From IMG/VR virus record IMGVR_UViG_3300037424_002430, positions 1 to 35,379 of that record: a DNA stretch of 35,379 bases; one strand, given 5' to 3'. The position numbers and the translations under genes are program-made. Under the pieces are notes generated by a model. The model was given only the letters and a program-made list of their open reading frames with translations, was not told the origin of the DNA and did no database searches. Below, piece after piece: positions 33,223 through 35,379 of this stretch (positions within the stretch are counted from its first letter, which is position 1; each line of letters begins with the position of its first letter). The DNA comes from a virus (taxonomy: Duplodnaviria > Caudoviricetes).

Positions 33223-33920
33223 CCGCGGCGCTTTCCCCTAGCGTCGCGGCAGGGCCCGAGGAGGGGGCGGCCCCCCGTACTGCCCCCTCCTCGCGGCCCA
33301 GTTCCGCGGGCCTCCGCGCCTACCTCGCCGTCCGCGACGACGTCGAGCGGGCGGCGGGCGCCGCGCGGGAGCACCTCCAGGTCGTCATCGCCTGCGGGGC
33401 CGGGTGCTCCTCGTGCTGCACCCACGACATGCCGCACCTGACGCTCGGCGAGGCCTCCGCGCTCGTCGAACTGTTCGAGACGACACCCGAGCTCATGGAT
33501 GTCCCCGAACTCGTGTTCCGCCAGCTCGACCATGTCGCCGCCCGCGCCGCCGCCGGCGAGCGTGAGGCCGCCCTCGGCACGTTTCCCTGCCCACTCCTCT
33601 CGAGCGAGCGGCGGTGCCGGGTCTACGCGGCGCGACCGTGGGCGTGCGTCCTCTGCCAGTCGCCCGACCGGCGCGCGTGCGAGACGGACGCGGCCGCGGG
33701 GCGGCGGGACGCGTGGGACCCGATGCGGTACCTGCCGACGCTCGGCGACGTCTACCGGCGGGTGAGCGCGGGGACGTTGCGCGCGCTTCACGAGGCGATC
33801 GATGCGAAGCGCAGCGGGAACGTGCTCCCGGTCACGCTGGCGCTGGCGATGGTGATGGTGATGGTGATGGACGCGCCGCGCGCGCTCGGCGAGGCCGCCG
33901 CCGAGCCGCAGGAGGGATGA
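33219..33920 (+). CDS. YkgJ-family (CxxCxxCC) Zn/Fe-S cluster protein
   Basis: 'IACGAGCSSCC...CPLL...CRVYAARPWAC'. Confidence 0.85.
   Translation: MTAALSPSVAAGPEEGAAPRTAPSSRPSSAGLRAYLAVRDDVERAAGAAREHLQVVIACGAGCSSCCTHDMPHLTLGEASALVELFETTPELMDVPELVFRQLDHVAARAAAGEREAALGTFPCPLLSSERRCRVYAARPWACVLCQSPDRRACETDAAAGRRDAWDPMRYLPTLGDVYRRVSAGTLRALHEAIDAKRSGNVLPVTLALAMVMVMVMDAPRALGEAAAEPQEG
33848..33870 (+). repeat. Hexamer tandem repeat (GATGGT)x~4 encoding MVMVMVM
   Basis: Directly read. Confidence 0.9.
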
Positions 33921-33992
33921 TCTCGGCCGCGGGATTGCGGGTCGGGTGGAGTTGGCCGGGCGCGGCCGTTTCAACAAACGAGGAGGACGACG

Positions 33993-34202
33993 GTGAAGAT
34001 CACGATCGAGTCGACGGACCAGCTCACGCACATGGACGGCGTCCCTGTCCGCGTCTGGAAGGGTGTCACGGAGCGCGGCACGGAATGCTTCGTCTTCGTG
34101 CACCGTGTCGCGGTCCGCGACGGGCAGCACGCGGAGTTCGCGCGCGAGCTCAACGAGCAGCTCGAGCCCGGACGCGTCATCGATGCCGCGAGGGCCGTCT
34201 GA
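33993..34202 (+). CDS. Hypothetical protein (69 aa)
   Basis: GAGGAGG RBS; 'VRVWKGVTERG'. Confidence 0.7.
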   Translation: MKITIESTDQLTHMDGVPVRVWKGVTERGTECFVFVHRVAVRDGQHAEFARELNEQLEPGRVIDAARAV

Positions 34203-34540
34203 TGACCGAGCCCCTCCACGAGCCGAAGGAGTGCCGGAGCTGCAGCGCACAGATCCTGTGGGCTCAGATCGTCGACGAGGACGGCGAGCTCGTCCGGAAG
34301 GACGACGGCCGGCCGAAGGCGATCCCGGTCGACTTCGTCCCGACCGAGAAGGGCAACGTCCAGCTCTTCGACCGCGGCGGGTCGGTCGTCGCGCGCGTGC
34401 TCGGCCCCGAGGAAGCGCGGGAGGTGCACGACACGACCTGGGCGCTGACCGGGAAGCACGTGCTGCGGTTGCCGCACTTCGCGACGTGCAGGGACGCCGC
34501 GAACTGGCGGACGAAGAAGACGGAGGCCCGCCATGGCTGA
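34202..34540 (+). CDS. Conserved phage Zn-binding protein (CRSC..I.W...PVD..P...GN...HFATC)
   Basis: TGATG overlap; motif common in phage early regions. Confidence 0.75.
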   Translation: MTEPLHEPKECRSCSAQILWAQIVDEDGELVRKDDGRPKAIPVDFVPTEKGNVQLFDRGGSVVARVLGPEEAREVHDTTWALTGKHVLRLPHFATCRDAANWRTKKTEARHG

Positions 34541-34820
34541 GCTGCCCGAGACGCGCGACGAGTGGCGCGCACGGCACGTGCGCCGAGCCGAGGAGGAGCT
34601 GACCGTCCTTCGCGCGAGCGGCCTACGGTTCTCCTTGCGCGAGAGCCCGGATGGCCTTCTCGGCGCCGCCGTCCTCGTCCGTGAGCCCGGCAAGCCGCGC
34701 GTCGACTTCTACCTGAGCACCGGCGGCTGGCGCGTCGTCGGCGCCGGCGCGTCCCGCAGGATGCGCGGGGGCGCCCGAGCCTTCATCGTCTGGTACGCGA
34801 GGCAGGGGGGCCGTCCGTGA
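34533..34820 (+). CDS. Hypothetical protein (95 aa)
   Basis: GGAGG RBS. Confidence 0.65.
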   Translation: MAELPETRDEWRARHVRRAEEELTVLRASGLRFSLRESPDGLLGAAVLVREPGKPRVDFYLSTGGWRVVGAGASRRMRGGARAFIVWYARQGGRP

Positions 34821-35320
34821 AGCCCGGCGACGTCGTCACCTGCAAGCACTGCGGCGCTCAGGCGGTGGCGACCTGGACCTCGCTCGAGCGCCCCTGGCAG
34901 GAGGGGTGGGCGCTCCTCCTCACCTGGACCCACGGGCCGCACCCGCGACAGGAGGCAGTCGTCGAGGCGCCGAAGCTCTGCCTGTGGTGTCTCGAGCGCT
35001 GCAGCGCGCTCGGCGCGGACGCTCCGCCGCTCTACCGACCGAAGGACCCGCCGGCGCAGGCGGACGCAGCACCCGCGGCGAGTGCGCCTTCCGCCGCGGG
35101 CCCTCTCGATCGCTACGAGGCGCTCGCCCGCGCCTACCACGACGCGACCGGGCGGTGGCCCTACGGCTACCCGCTCTCGGCACTCAACTCCGGCGAGCAG
35201 ATCGATCGCGACGACGCTCCGTGGCGCGCCTGGTGCGCCGCGCGCGCCGCCGCGGCGAGACCTCAACCGAAGCCGAAAGGGCAATTCGAGCTCTTCACGG
35301 AGGTGCGCCGTGCCCGGTGA
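34817..35320 (+). CDS. Hypothetical Zn-finger protein with QFELF motif near C-terminus
   Basis: GTGA overlap; 'TCKHCG...LCLWC'. Confidence 0.6.
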   Translation: MKPGDVVTCKHCGAQAVATWTSLERPWQEGWALLLTWTHGPHPRQEAVVEAPKLCLWCLERCSALGADAPPLYRPKDPPAQADAAPAASAPSAAGPLDRYEALARAYHDATGRWPYGYPLSALNSGEQIDRDDAPWRAWCAARAAAARPQPKPKGQFELFTEVRRAR

Positions 35321-35379
35321 CGAGATCATGTCGTTCGCGGAGATCGCATTCCGGACGGCCGCCTGCTCCCGCTGTGGTG
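35310..35379 (+). CDS. Start of next ORF (partial, MPGDEIMSFAEIAFRTAACSRCG...)
   Basis: GGAGG RBS before GTG 35310; open to window end. Confidence 0.5.
   Translation, partial: MPGDEIMSFAEIAFRTAACSRCG

Larger units (their letters stand above)
1..35379. mobile_element. Temperate phage/prophage segment (contractile tail, Mu-like head/neck genes, lambda-like immunity-replication-recombination layout); both ends lie outside the window
   Basis: Contiguous terminase-portal-head-tail genes on minus strand, divergent HTH pair at 23049-23995, Rep/DnaB, YqaJ/RecT; dense ATGA/GTGA/TGATG overlaps; no host housekeeping genes. Confidence 0.97.

Noticed and set aside
33921-33990. GC hairpin (CGGCCGCG/CGCGGCCG) as tRNA or terminator
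   Set aside because: No cloverleaf or T-loop signature, only a short U-run; such stems are common at this GC content
32550-34577. 675-aa minus-strand ORF
   Set aside because: Antisense to coupled plus-strand genes with clear motifs; low complexity

Overview
The whole window is part of a very GC-rich (~70% by eye) temperate phage or prophage with a contractile tail. The host is probably a myxobacterium, inferred from composition and two CdbA/CdbB-like RHH genes. The minus strand (23378->1) carries cro-like, cII-like and small early genes, a replication initiator with an internal origin, DnaB-like helicase, RuvC, TerS/TerL, a Mu-like portal, a degenerate GIY-YIG endonuclease and a MuF protein with a C-terminal zinc-metallopeptidase toxin domain plus a coupled small immunity-like gene. 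It continues with a two-gene accessory cassette, ClpP-type head protease with a nested scaffold, cement protein, Mu-like major capsid, neck genes, DUF2586 sheath, tube, a -1 frameshifted tail chaperone and a short tape measure. The plus strand (23450->end) carries a CI-like repressor, YqaJ exonuclease, RecT, an SMC/Rad50-like ATPase, an HNH endonuclease, a YkgJ-type Cys-cluster protein and many small Cys-rich ORFs. The most notable signals are (i) the MuF toxin-immunity pair; (ii) a 15-bp element CCGTGCCAACGGCGG present three times, each with a -35-like hexamer at the same distance upstream, and twice followed within 5-6 nt by an SD-less start codon (a candidate late-promoter class with leaderless mRNAs); (iii) near-duplicate outward-facing promoters flanking cI; (iv) simple-sequence repeats in and just before the replication gene; (v) a perfect 36-bp repeat shared in frame by two unrelated genes. 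No integrase, lysis genes, tRNA, CRISPR array or att site were recognised in this window. Family assignments are from motif recognition by eye, not database searches.
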